From Eledone cirrhosa (taxonomy: Eukaryota), in assembly GCA_964016885.1 (NCBI GenBank), contig OZ024741.1:254696001-254760000 (forward strand): DNA of 64,000 nt, written 5' to 3'. The position numbers were made by a program, and so were the translations under genes. Each line of letters starts with the position of its first letter. Within the stretch, counting starts at the first letter, position 1. The notes under the pieces are model-generated. The model searched no databases and was not told the origin of the DNA. It was given only the letters and a program-made list of their open reading frames with translations. Positions 26,705 to 37,545 of this stretch are shown here, piece after piece.

Positions 26705-26965
26705 GTGTATGTATGTGCGTGTGTATATACGTATGATTGTATGTATGTATGTATGTATATGTGTGTGTGTATGTGTGTATGTGTGTATATATATGTGTGT
26801 GGTTGTATATATGTATGTGTATGTATGGATATGTTGATATTTATGTGTGTATGTATGTATGTGTATATGTATGTGTATGTATATATATACACATATATAT
26901 GTGTATATGTGTGTGTGTATGTATGTGTGTATGTATATAATTGTGTGTGTGTGTTTGCATGTGTG
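26705..26965. repeat. (TG)/(TATG) compound microsatellite
   Basis: Seen directly. Confidence 0.9.
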
Positions 26966-27193
26966 TTTTTATTTTATTTTTCCTTTCCTTCTTCCTTTTC
27001 CAGCCTCACTTTCATATAGATTGCATTTTTGTTTTTAGAATCCACTATCAATAAATACACCAGCATTTTTTTCATTCTGATGATTGAAAGCAAAACTTTT
27101 TGCTTTTAAGAAACCGCTGGTAAATGGAATAATTGCCTTATGTTGTTTATTACATAACTATATATATATATATATATATATTATATTTTGAAT

Positions 27194-27249
27194 TACCTGA
27201 AGATGTCACTGGATTCAAACTGAACCCGGTCATTGAAATGATCATAGTA
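27194..27249 (+). ncRNA. Degenerate minimal type-I hammerhead ribozyme motif (family A)
   Basis: tac-CTGAAGA-imperfect stem II (actggattc/gaacccggt)-GAAA-TGATCA-TA^-gta. The stem/loop III is palindromic (ATGATCAT), and an AATAAA follows. Confidence 0.55.
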
Positions 27250-27515
27250 TAATAAACCTTTCAAGGAATTACACCAGTCCAGCCTTCTGTTATTTTATAA
27301 TAATTAACTCCGTACTCGCACCACCAATTACACAAAGGAAGACGAGTGAGTTACACTACGTAGAGTGCTCTCCATAATATTACATCGAGGTTGACCACAC
27401 GGAATGACCAGTTCTATCCAGTGGTGAACCAACAAACCCCAAATAAATATATATATACACATATATTATTGAAAATATTAACAAATTAAGATATTCACAT
27501 AATCAAAATATATGC

Positions 27516-27580
27516 TTTATTATATATATTTCGAAGGTACTGTGTTTTTTTTTCTTTCCAGTACGTCCTCGTCAGATAAA
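27516..27580 (-). ncRNA. Minimal type-I hammerhead motif (family B, left arm)
   Basis: Minus strand: TTTAT-CTGACGA-GGAcGTACTG...CAGTACcTTC-GAAA-TATATA-TA^-ATAAA. Confidence 0.7.
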
Positions 27581-27718
27581 ATATATGATTTGATATATGA
27601 CATACCTTTACGGTCTTGATATTTCAATTCCAGTATTGGCAGTCAGTATTTTTATACTGCCAATACGGGAATTGAAATATCAAGACCGTAAAGGTATGTC
27701 ATATATCAAATCATATAT

Positions 27719-27783
27719 TTTATCTGACGAGGACGTACTGGAAAGAAAAAAAAACACAATACCTTTGAAATATATATAATAAA
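27719..27783 (+). ncRNA. Minimal type-I hammerhead motif (family B, right arm, with two stem II substitutions)
   Basis: TTTAT-CTGACGA-GGACGTACTG...CAATACCTTT-GAAA-TATATA-TA^-ATAAA. Confidence 0.6.
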
Positions 27784-27950
27784 GCATATATTTTGATTAT
27801 GTGAATATCTTCATTTGTTAATATTTTCAATAATATTAAAACTCCAGGAATATTTCACTGTTGAGTGCTTTTAATCTATTGTAAAACTGTATTCATTGTG
27901 TAATCAATGAACCATATTAATCTTTGGTCATATATATACATATATATATG

Positions 27951-28080
<130 letters not shown>

Positions 28081-28133
28081 AGTATGTATGTATACGTACA
28101 TACATATATGTATACAGACGTACAGTAGCATGC

Positions 28134-28220
<87 letters not shown>

Positions 28221-28373
28221 CAGGTACACATACATATATGTACACATCAGTTTAGCGGACGCTTATTATAGCGCCCGCTTTGTTCGTTTGTAAACAAACT
28301 GAACAGCCTGAATTTATGCCGCACGGTGTTAAGGCAACCACGTCACCTTTTTGTTCAACACTGACACAGGAAC

Positions 28374-28412
28374 GATGTACTAGTTTCAAGCTTGTTAGCT
28401 ATCATCAGCACC
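28374..28412 (-). ncRNA. Minimal type-I hammerhead motif (family C, inverted copy)
   Basis: Exact reverse complement of 28605-28643. Confidence 0.78.
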
Positions 28413-28604
28413 GTATACCCATGTGCCAGATAGTTGAACGTTCGAAAGTATATACTTTCCTTATGAAAATTAACGGCTGAGCAGCCTAATTTGCATATCG
28501 AGTGAGTTAAATCGGTCAGGCGCACCGAAAACGATGAGTTGTAATAATTTTCATAAGGAAAGTATATACTTTCGAACGTTCAACTATCTGGCAGATGGGT
28601 ATAC

Positions 28605-28643
28605 GGTGCTGATGATAGCTAACAAGCTTGAAACTAGTACATC
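28605..28643 (+). ncRNA. Minimal type-I hammerhead motif (family C)
   Basis: GGTG-CTGATGA-tAGCT-aaca-AGCTt-GAAA-CTAG-TA^-CATC, with palindromic ACTAGT. Predicted cut after 28639. Confidence 0.8.
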
Positions 28644-28796
28644 GTTCCTGTGTCAGTGTTGAACAAAAAGGTGACGTGGTTGCCTTAACACCGTGCGGCA
28701 TAAATTCAGGCTGTTCAGTTTGTTTACAAACGAACAAAGCGGGCGCTATAATAAGCGTCCGCTAAACTGATGCGTACATATATGTATGTGTACCTG

Positions 28797-28865
<69 letters not shown>

Positions 28866-29106
28866 GCATGCTACTGTACGTCTGTATACATATATGTATG
28901 TACGTATACATACATACTTACATTTAAGTAAGTGCCGTACTAAGAGTGAGAAATGAAATTTCGTTTTCATTTTATTACAACTCATCGTTTTCGGTGCGCC
29001 TGACCGATTTAACTCACTCGATATGCAATTTAGGCTGCTCAGCCGTTAATTTTCATAAGGAAAGTATATACTTTCGAACGTTCAACTATCTGGCACATGG
29101 GTATAC

Positions 29107-29145
29107 GGTGCTGATGATAGCTAACAAGCTTGAAACTAGTACATC
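29107..29145 (+). ncRNA. Minimal type-I hammerhead motif (family C, second tandem copy)
   Basis: Identical to 28605-28643. Predicted cut after 29141, 502 nt downstream of the first. Confidence 0.8.
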
Positions 29146-29298
29146 GTTCCTGTGTCAGTGTTGAACAAAAAGGTGACGTGGTTGCCTTAACACCGTGCGG
29201 CATAAATTCAGGCTGTTCAGTTTGTTTACAAACGAACAAAGCGGGCGCTATAATAAGCGTCCGCTAAACTGATGCGTACATATATATATGTGTACCTG

Positions 29299-29336
<38 letters not shown>

Positions 29337-29460
29337 TATATATATATATGCTACTGTACGTCTGTATACATATATGTATGTACGTATACATACATACTTA
29401 CATTTAAGTAAGTGCCGTACTAAGAGTGAAAAATGAAATTTCGTTTTCATTTTATTACAA

Positions 29461-29502
<42 letters not shown>

Positions 29503-29653
29503 ATACTTTGGGAGGGTCATGTTGCCAATAAGAAACACACGCACCAGTTGCTTTCACTTCAATTTAATTTAATATATATTTATAAATTTACAAATTTATA
29601 AATTTCTGGTTGGTTGGTTGGTTCCACAACCAGATAGTTGTTTATATATATAT

Positions 29654-29698
29654 AGTCATAGTTCTTTCGTCACACACTCTGTGACCTCTTCAGTGACT
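29654..29698 (-). ncRNA. Minimal type-I hammerhead motif (family D) in the Penelope pseudo-LTR
   Basis: Minus strand: AGTCA-CTGAAGAg-GTCACA-gagtg-TGTGAC-GAAAG-aa-CTA^-TGACT. Confidence 0.75.
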
Positions 29699-29995
29699 GG
29701 GGATTTCTTTCTTCGTTTCTGTGCCTTTCCTTTCTTCTATCCTACGCCATTTTGTTTGTGTGTGGGTTGCGTGCTCAGTTTGCGCATGCGCCACATCCGG
29801 GTGTCTGTGTGTGTTTGTGTTCATTTTTCTATTTTTCTATTTATATTTGTTTGTTTATTTATTTATTTATTGTTGGTTGGTTGTTTGTTCTATGTGTGTG
29901 TGTGTTTTCATTTTGTCTTGTGTGTGTTTTCATTTTGTGTGTGTTTTCAATTGTAAGTTGTTTGTTCTATGTGTGTGTGTGTTTTCATTTTGTCC

Positions 29996-30376
29996 TTAAT
30001 TGTAAGTTGTGATGTTGCTGTTCCACTCATATTTTCTATTTAATTTTGGTTTTAATTCTTTTATGCTTACTGCCTCTGTAATTTGCCTAAACATTGCGTC
30101 TTTCTTGTGTGTGGATTCTATTTTTATTTCTATGCTCTCTAATTTACCCCTGTGTTCTATCTTAGCATGTTGGTAGAGCACAGATGATTCTTTACTATCT
30201 TGGAGGTCTCGCCAGTGTTCATTTATTCGTTCCCCTATACTACGAGCTGTCTCACCTATGTACACTATATTTTTGTTTCTACATTGTCCTTCAGTACATC
30301 TTATGCTATATACTACATTTCTAGTTTTACAGTTAATATGGGGGCTTATTTTACAGGTTATACATTTCTTAACCAT
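29996..30376 (-). pseudogene. C-terminal GIY-YIG endonuclease fragment of a Penelope-like element (left arm)
   Basis: CITC...NCKTRNVVYSIRC...C...VYIGETARSIGERINEH...H...RQITEAVSIKELKPKLNRKYEW: VVY/YIG hairpin, catalytic R, E and N, and CCHH-type residues. Confidence 0.88.
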
Positions 30377-30744
30377 GTATAACCTGTAAAATAAGCCCCC
30401 ATATTAACTGTAAAACTAGAAATGTAGTATATAGCATAAGATGTACTGAAGGACAATGTAGAAACAAAAATATAGTGTACATAGGTGAGACAGCTCGTAG
30501 TATAGGGGAACGAATAAATGAACACTGGCGAGACCTCCAAGATAGTAAAGAATCATCTGTGCTCTACCAACATGCTAAGATAGAACACAGGGGTAAATTA
30601 GAGAGCATAGAAATAAAAATAGAATCCACACACAAGAAAGACGCAATGTTTAGGCAAATTACAGAGGCAGTAAGCATAAAAGAATTAAAACCAAAATTAA
30701 ATAGAAAATATGAGTGGAACAGCAACATCACAACTTACAATTAA
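30376..30744 (+). pseudogene. Mirror copy of the GIY-YIG fragment (right arm)
   Basis: Same translation on the + strand. Confidence 0.88.
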
Positions 30745-31041
30745 GGACAAAATGAAAACACACACACACATAGAACAAACAACTTACAATTGAAAACACA
30801 CACAAAATGAAAACACACACAAGACAAAATGAAAACACACACACACATAGAACAAACAACCAACCAACAATAAATAAATAAATAAACAAACAAATATAAA
30901 TAGAAAAATAGAAAAATGAACACAAACACACACAGACACCCGGATGTGGCGCATGCGCAAACTGAGCACGCAACCCACACACAAACAAAATGGCGTAGGA
31001 TAGAAGAAAGGAAAGGCACAGAAACGAAGAAAGAAATCCCC

Positions 31042-31086
31042 AGTAACTGAAGAGGTCACAGAGTGTGTGACGAAAGAACTATGACT
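31042..31086 (+). ncRNA. Hammerhead motif (family D, right arm, with a C>A mismatch in stem I)
   Basis: AGTAA-CTGAAGAg-GTCACA-gagtg-TGTGAC-GAAAG-aa-CTA^-TGACT. Confidence 0.65.
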
Positions 31087-31299
31087 ATATATATATAAAC
31101 AACTATCTGGTTGTGGAACCAACCAACCAACCAGAAATTTATAAATTTGTAAATTTATAAATATATATTAAATTAAATTGAAGTGAAAGCAACTGGTGCG
31201 TGTGTTTCTTATTGGCAACATGACCCTCCCAAAGTATAACAATATCAGTTTCAACACACGATTTCAGATAAAGAATCTTGCTAAACAAATTCAGAAACG

Positions 31300-31342
<43 letters not shown>

Positions 31343-31366
31343 TATATATTATAACTAGACCTGAAA

Positions 31367-31397
<31 letters not shown>

Positions 31398-32019
31398 CTA
31401 GACCTGAAAAATGTGAAAGCTCAAAAGACCCACAGAATGTTATAATAAACCTTCAAAAGTGTGGGACTAGAGTTGTTGCTCAAAAATATTGTATTCATTA
31501 TCTCTCGTACACTCTGTGGCATCATTTTATAAAAAAGAGACTCATAACGAACTCAAGACGACACGATCATTATTTAAGCTAATGTTCAATATCTCATATT
31601 AGATGTTTAGTAATGATTAATACGAAATGCACTTCAACCGAATTCTATATTATAAATTCACTTAAGAAAAAACCTAAAATCTTGATTCTTCACCCTAAAA
31701 TAGCATAAATTAAATATTTTCAAACTTAACCGTTTAACTTTCGGAAAATCTCCTTCTACATATATTACCACTTATCTTCCCTCTCTCTCTATATATATAT
31801 ATATTATCCCAGCGGCTCTTATTGACCGCTTTCCCTGATAAATTGTAGTATCATACATTTTAAAATCTCTATAACTGTTACATTAGGCAACGTTTTTCTT
31901 ACTCACACATTCACTATTGAATTTATTACGTTTTCGCATTTTCTCATTATTAGGGTATAAATGTTAAACTTTCTCTTAGGTTAATCACTACCTTGATTAA
32001 ATCTTAACCATTTAACATC

Positions 32020-32240
32020 TCAGGGTATGTCATGTATCATTATATTTTGTTTGATGAGGACGTGCTGTTGTACATCTGAAATATGTATAATAAAATGTAA
32101 TTGATAAAAAGAACATCTATTTTATTAATATTTGTATTTTAATATTAATAACTCTGTAAAATTATTTTTCATAGAGTGCTTCCAATCTACAGTAAAATTC
32201 ATTCTTTGATATACTCATTGAATCTTGTTTAACTCTTTAA
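32020..32240 (+). mobile_element. Old family-B pseudo-LTR fragment with a decayed hammerhead (32046-32095)
   Basis: ggtatgtcatgtatc...tttgt-TTGATGA-ggacgtgc..gtacatct-GAAA-tatgta-TA-ataaaa resembles 27692-27930, including the tail. Confidence 0.55.
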
Positions 32241-32699
32241 TATATATATATATATATATATGGGGGGGGGTGTATGTATATATATGTATATATGTATATA
32301 TATATAAGGACACGTGACCTCACTGCCAAATTTACTAGTACAGTCGAATGGCTGTGTTTTCTCAGGAATAGATGAGCGTGGATACTTGGAACGAAAGACC
32401 TGTTGACGAAGGGATATCCACGTACCATCTTAGGATGCATTACTGACTTGCATATACATTACGCATCTTGGAGTGTAACTTCCGTGCTCAGAAACCCATC
32501 CAAAGTATTTATCGATTAGTATCTATCGATCAGGTCCAGGTTCGTCTTTAATTTGTCTGTATTTTTCGTTGTTGTAGTATTAATGTGGCAACATGTCTCT
32601 GGTCACATTATTCATTGTGTCACTATTACCTAACTTGCTGTGTTCACTCTGAGGGGAAATTTATTAATTACTTTATGATCGAGTCCTTTGTAAGGGTCT

Positions 32700-33272
32700 T
32701 CTATTTGATTTGCAAGATTTCTGATCTGAAAACATGTGTTGAAACAGATATTGTTATAATTTAGTGGGGTCTTGCTGCCAATAAAAACACACACACCAGT
32801 TGTGTTTTACTTCAATTAAATATAAACTTCCAGATGGTTAGTTTAATAACCCGATGGTTATTTATTAGTATATTGTCAAATCTCTTTCGTCACACATGCT
32901 GAGACCTCCCCAGTGGCTAATTTGTTATTGTTTGTCTACCTTTGTTCTGTCCTAGTCTATCTTGTTTTTGTGAGCTAATAAAAACAAGATGGTGCAGGAC
33001 AGAACAAAGGAGGGACAAAAAAAATAACAAATTAGTCACTGGGGAGGACACAGAATGTGTGACGAAAGGGCTTTGACAATTAACAAATAAACAGAATGTG
33101 TGACGAAAGAGTTTTGACAATTAACAAATAAACGGTTATTAAACTAACGAACTGGAAGTGTATAATTGATTAATGTAAAAGCAAACAGGTGCGGGTGTTT
33201 TTATTGGCAGCATGACCCCCCCCCCCCCCCCCCACTCAACCCACCCACCCCAAAAAAAGATTATGACAATAT
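32700..33272. mobile_element. Older fold-back remnant related to family D, with variant hammerhead cores (CTGGGGA) at 32875-32917 (-) and 33034-33077 (+)
   Basis: Diverged inverted arms centred near 32975, with termini like 29495/31245 and an extension on the left arm only. Confidence 0.7.
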
Positions 33273-33367
33273 ATATATATATATATATGTACCTGTCTAT
33301 GCATCAGTTGAACTTTTCCTTTAGTTAAGTCGATCCTTACTTTGATTATCTCTATTTTAGATAACCC

Positions 33368-34322
33368 ATGGAAGACAAAGTATTTAAGTAAAATTATATT
33401 CGACATTGCATGCAGTATGAATTTCAATGCAGTAATTACAATGACGAAAGAGCTTTGACAATTAACAAATAAAGATCCACATTAAAGCATCAAAGATTTG
33501 TCCAAGAACCTTAATATCTCAGGGACCCCTACTCAGGAACATCTTAAGAAAGTTGGAAATGTGTATATGGAGGGGATTTGGGTGCCACATGAACTGCCTC
33601 TGGGCAGCAAAGCTTTGCATTCAACAATTTACAAGTTTGCTGATCCGGAATAAAAATTCACCTTCCCCTGGTCGAATTGTTACCGGAGATGAGAAATGGA
33701 TTGGTTTTATAACCAATAAACATAAGGTACTCCAGTTCCAACACCCAAGCCAGCATTGCACCAAAAGAATGTAATGATCTACACTTGGTTGAATAATAGA
33801 AGTGTAGTTCACTTTGAGTTATTAGAAGAAAGGGAAAGTGTGACTACAAAACTTGATTGTCAACAACTTGATCTACTGAATGAAGCTTTGCGTAGAACGT
33901 ATCCTGCTCTGCTGAACAAAAAGGGAATCATTTTTCAACATGATAATGCAAGGACACATTCTTCAAAAGAAATCCAAGAAAAAAGTTGTCATTAGTCTGG
34001 GAACTTTTATCCTTACTTCCATATTCATCAGACTTCGCCCGATCAGATATTCATATATTCAAATGCCTTGAACATTTTATCAGTGGGAAAAGATTCACAA
34101 GTAATGCAGAGTTTGAAGCTTCAATTAATTCCATTCTTTCTTCCAAAGACCAAGATTATTTTGAACGGGGAATAAAAAAAAATCTCCTCTCAAAATGACA
34201 AAGGTTATATCTAATGCTGGTGTTTATGTTGTTAATAAATACATTTGATAATATTTTGTCTTTTCTTTGTCAATTATAGTACCTAACAAAAAATGCGACA
34301 TTGCTTTCCTATACCCTAAATA
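33368..34322 (+). pseudogene. Mariner (DD34D-type) transposase fossil with a probable right TIR near 34290-34322
   Basis: Frameshifted pieces: YIRHCMQYEF, RIVTGDEKWI, VVHFELL..., IIFQHDNARTH, PYSSDFARSD (= YSPDLAPSD). Contains stops and an internal deletion. Confidence 0.88.
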
Positions 34323-34519
34323 TATATGTGAGAGTATTCTAGGATCAATACCCATTACGAGACCTATGTATATTTAATATAAACAGATTGTATATGTTTT
34401 CATATAATCCTCCTCTGCACCTCTCTCTACCTGTCTAATGTATATATATCTAAACTATAATATATATAATAAAATATAAGAGAACAAAAATCAGTGTTGT
34501 ATCATATACGTATTTAATT

Positions 34520-34609
34520 ACATATTACATGTTTCACTGTCGATCAGCTTGAGGAACGTTCGATTAAAGTTCGATCCTGACTCTGGAATCGGAAGCTCCT
34601 CAGATATGT
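34520..34609 (-). ncRNA. Type-I hammerhead motif (family E) with a long loop II
   Basis: Minus strand: ACATAT-CTGAGGA-gcttccgat...atcgacagt-GAAA-CATG-TA^-ATATGT. Stem I is a perfect 6 bp and ACATGT is palindromic. Confidence 0.62.
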
Positions 34610-34660
34610 GTTAACATGCAGACTCGCCTCTAAGAGTAGTTGGATATTTATCCCGGTTCA

Positions 34661-34840
34661 GATTGGCAGTATCAGTAGAGGGTCGGACGCCATGCTTTCC
34701 AGCATAGTTACGTCCCTTTACGATCTGAGTTCAAATCCCGCCGAGATTGACTTTGCCTTTGATCCTTACGGGGTCGATAAAATAAAGTACCAGTAATGCA
34801 CTGGGTATTTGCTGGCCTTGTGCCTAAAGTAGAAACAATT
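34661..34840 (+). mobile_element. tRNA-derived SINE
   Basis: A-box-like TGGCAGTATCAG and B-box GAGTTCAAATCCC, followed by the body gccgagattgactttgcctttgatccttacggggtcgataaaataaagtaccag. Several copies are in the window. Confidence 0.8.
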
Positions 34841-35081
34841 ATTTTATGCTGCCACTCACTCTGTTAAAGGAATGTGTTATCACTGTATTCATCCTGTTAC
34901 TGCTATTTGTTGGTCAAGGCGGCATTTTCATTCTTGCGTGGCGGCCATTCTGCCGGAACTCTGCTGTTACAGTCTTTGAAGTAAGTTCGAAGTGAATAAA
35001 GCAATACAAAAATACAACAGTAAAAAAAATAAAAAGATAAATCCAATCTTTACAAAGATAAAGATGCGATAAGAAAATAAA

Positions 35082-35455
35082 TAATTGTTTCTACTTTTCG
35101 CACAAGGCCAGCAATTATCCCAGTGTATTACTGGTACTTTATTTTATCGACCCCCGTAAGGATGAAAGGCAAGGTTAACCTCGACGGGATTTGAACTCAG
35201 ACCATAAAGGGAGGTAACTCTTTGCTCCAAAGCATGGCGTCAGACCCTCTACCGATACTGCCAATCCAAGAAAATATATAATTGTTTCTATTTTTGGTAC
35301 AAGGCCAGCAATTACCCAGTACATTACTGGTACTTTATTTTATCGACTCCGTAAGGATGAAAGGCAAAGTTAACCTCGGCCGGATTTGAACTCAGATCGT
35401 AAAGGGACGTAACTATGCTGGAAAGCATGTCCGACCCTCTACCGATACTGCCAAT
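35082..35455 (-). mobile_element. Two tandem copies of the same SINE (about 35082-35267 and 35280-35455)
   Basis: Reverse-complement matches to 34661-34840. Confidence 0.8.
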
Positions 35456-35795
35456 TCACCATACGGACATAGAAGATTGGCAGTGAGATAGAGAATAAAG
35501 GGATAAGGTGAATAAGTAAAAAAGTAAAAGAATAAGACACTGTCCGACAGTGGAAACACGTGCGTAGAGAGAGAGTGAGAGTGAAAGAAAGAGACAGACT
35601 ACGAGAGGGGGTAGAGGGAGGGAGAGAGGGAGAGAGGGAGAGTGAATAGACACTAAAACACGTGCTATAGAAACATTACCTTCCCCTCTCGACTGACTTT
35701 GGTCACTAAGGCCGAGGGAATCGTTGGTTGCTATAGAGACACCTTGCACAAGCCAGAAGTAACCAGTTCGAGGCGGTTCTGACTTGACACTATGC

Positions 35796-36062
35796 GAAGA
35801 AGGTTGCCATTGAATTTGTGGTTTGAAGAAGGTTGCCATTGAATTTGTGGTTTGAAGAAGGTTGCCATTGAATTTGTGGTTTGAAGAAGGTTGCCATTGA
35901 ATTTGTGGTTTGAAGAAGGTTGCCATTGAATTTGTGGTTGTTGCTGCTGATAATAAGGACCATTTGAAGAAGGTTGCCATTGAATTTGTGGTTTGAAGAA
36001 GGTTGCCATTGAATTTGTGGTTGTTGCTGCTGATAATAATAAGGACCATTTGAAGAAGGTTG
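35796..36062. repeat. 29-bp tandem repeat GAAGAAGGTTGCCATTGAATTTGTGGTTT
   Basis: About 7 copies, with two interrupting variants. Confidence 0.9.
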
Positions 36063-36735
36063 CTGCTGATGAGGTAATTTATTAATCAGATTGCGCAGTT
36101 CCATAACCTACGTTTGATTTGTTCAATTTTTTTCTTCAATTTTTTTTGTTGTTTTTTTTTTATTTCTTATTAAAAAAATATAAATAATAAAATAAGGTTA
36201 GAAATTTAAATACAATTAAATACGGTTTTATTCCCATTTCCAGCAGTCAATGTCCAGTGTTCAATTTCATGAAAAAATTGGAAATAATTCAAAAAATTGA
36301 AGTTTAACTTTTGAACATTTGTTTTGACAATAAAAAATATTTCCTTATTCACACCTAATGGTATGATTAAAATTTCATAGGAATATTTTTTTCTAACCGC
36401 CAGTTATTTAAATATTATTAAAAATAAATTTTTTTTTTAAAAGAATGGAAGATTTTGTGGATTTTTTTACCACCTTCCAAGCCTTAAACACTAATTCTCG
36501 CGAATTTGTGTTTTGTAATGACCCTCAGGACGCTGCTATTGTTGATTCCAATAGTGCCTGGTATTCGAATATGTTAGTATACAATTTTTTGAATAAAATT
36601 AAGGCGCAATTAGAGCTGCCAAACAAAATTTTTTTCGGCTTCGGCCCCTATTATTTTTGGGAAAATTCTATTGGCTCTAATGAGTCTGCCTCTGTTGGCG
36701 TTATTTGCGACAGTCACCATTTCTTGACTTTCAAG

Positions 36736-37545
36736 TCTATATATGTAAAGCTGAGGTTGTCTGTCTGTCTACTAAAGCCTTCGGCACACATCTCCTCTTA
36801 AACCGTACGTTTAAATTTCGGGGAAATTGCTACACTTATAGATGAAGGTCCGGCGGAGTCACTGTCTGTCTATCTGTCTACTAAAACCTTCGGCACACAT
36901 CTCCTCTTAAACCGTACGTTCAAATTTCGGTGAAATTGCTACACTTATAGATGAAGGTCCGGCGGAGTCAAAATGTTTCAAATCGACCCACGCCAAGTGT
37001 AAAAATCGAATTTGTAATCTCCTTATAATATATAACCAGCAATTTCTCTGTCTGTCTTTCCGACAGTGGAAAAATTGCTGGCGCGCGTGCGAATGTTTTT
37101 TGCGCACGCGTAGAGAGAGAGTGAGAGTGAAAGAAAGAGACAGACTACGAGAGGGGGATAGCGGGAGGGAGAGAGAGAGAGTGAATAGACGCTAAAACAC
37201 GTGCGCGCGTGCGAATGTTTTTTGCGCACGCGTAGAGAGAGAGTGAGAGTGAAAGAAAGAGACAGACTACAAGAGGGAGATAGCGGGAGGGAGAGAGGGG
37301 GAATTGAGGAGTGCTACAGAAACATATATACATTTCTGTGTGTGTGTAATATATATATATACGCACAGAAATATATATACATTTCTGTGTGTGTAATATA
37401 TATATATATATACACAGAGAAATATATATACATTTCGGTGTGTGTAATATATATATATATACACACAGAAATATATATACATTTCTGTGTGTGTAATATA
37501 TATATATACTAGCAGAAAACCACCCGATGGGTGGTTTTCTGCTAG
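36736..37545 (+). mobile_element. Non-autonomous Helitron-like element 1
   Basis: 5' TCTATATATGTAAA...GTCTGTCTGTCT start, internal tandem duplications (~108 bp x2, 122 bp x2, ~45 bp x4), and a 3' hairpin ending CTAG|T. Confidence 0.6.

Larger units (their letters stand above)
27463..27930. mobile_element. Fold-back Penelope-like pseudo-LTR remnant: ~181-bp arms (27463-27643 and 27656-27836) plus a ~90-nt extension on the right arm
   Basis: Near-perfect inverted repeat with a 12-nt spacer and a hammerhead motif in each arm. It ends in (TA)n. Confidence 0.75.
29495..31300. mobile_element. Penelope-like retroelement, 5'-truncated, present as a 1.75-kb palindrome (arms 29495-30365 and 30375-31245, 9-nt spacer) with a ~55-nt extension on the right arm
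   Basis: Each arm carries the GIY-YIG C-terminus, a 3'UTR and a hammerhead motif. The insertion is flanked by (TA)n. Confidence 0.9.

Noticed and set aside
9237-27019. Giant ORFs (up to 3383 aa; Thr-, Asn-, Val- or Cys-rich) as mucin-like or adhesive proteins
   Set aside because: They are open in several frames on both strands because the repeat lacks stops. There is no signal peptide or unique domain, frames switch at indels, and one ORF runs through the N gap.
27075-27115. CTGATGA...GAAA as another hammerhead
   Set aside because: No pairing stems I or II could be drawn.
28280-29239. Repeated 66-73 aa ORF MFVCKQTEQPEF...
   Set aside because: It has a non-ATG start, is antisense to the hammerhead, has no recognisable motif, and recurs only because the unit is duplicated.
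31945-31975. tattagggtataa as the left TIR of the mariner
   Set aside because: Similarity to the right end covers only about 11 bp and then breaks down.
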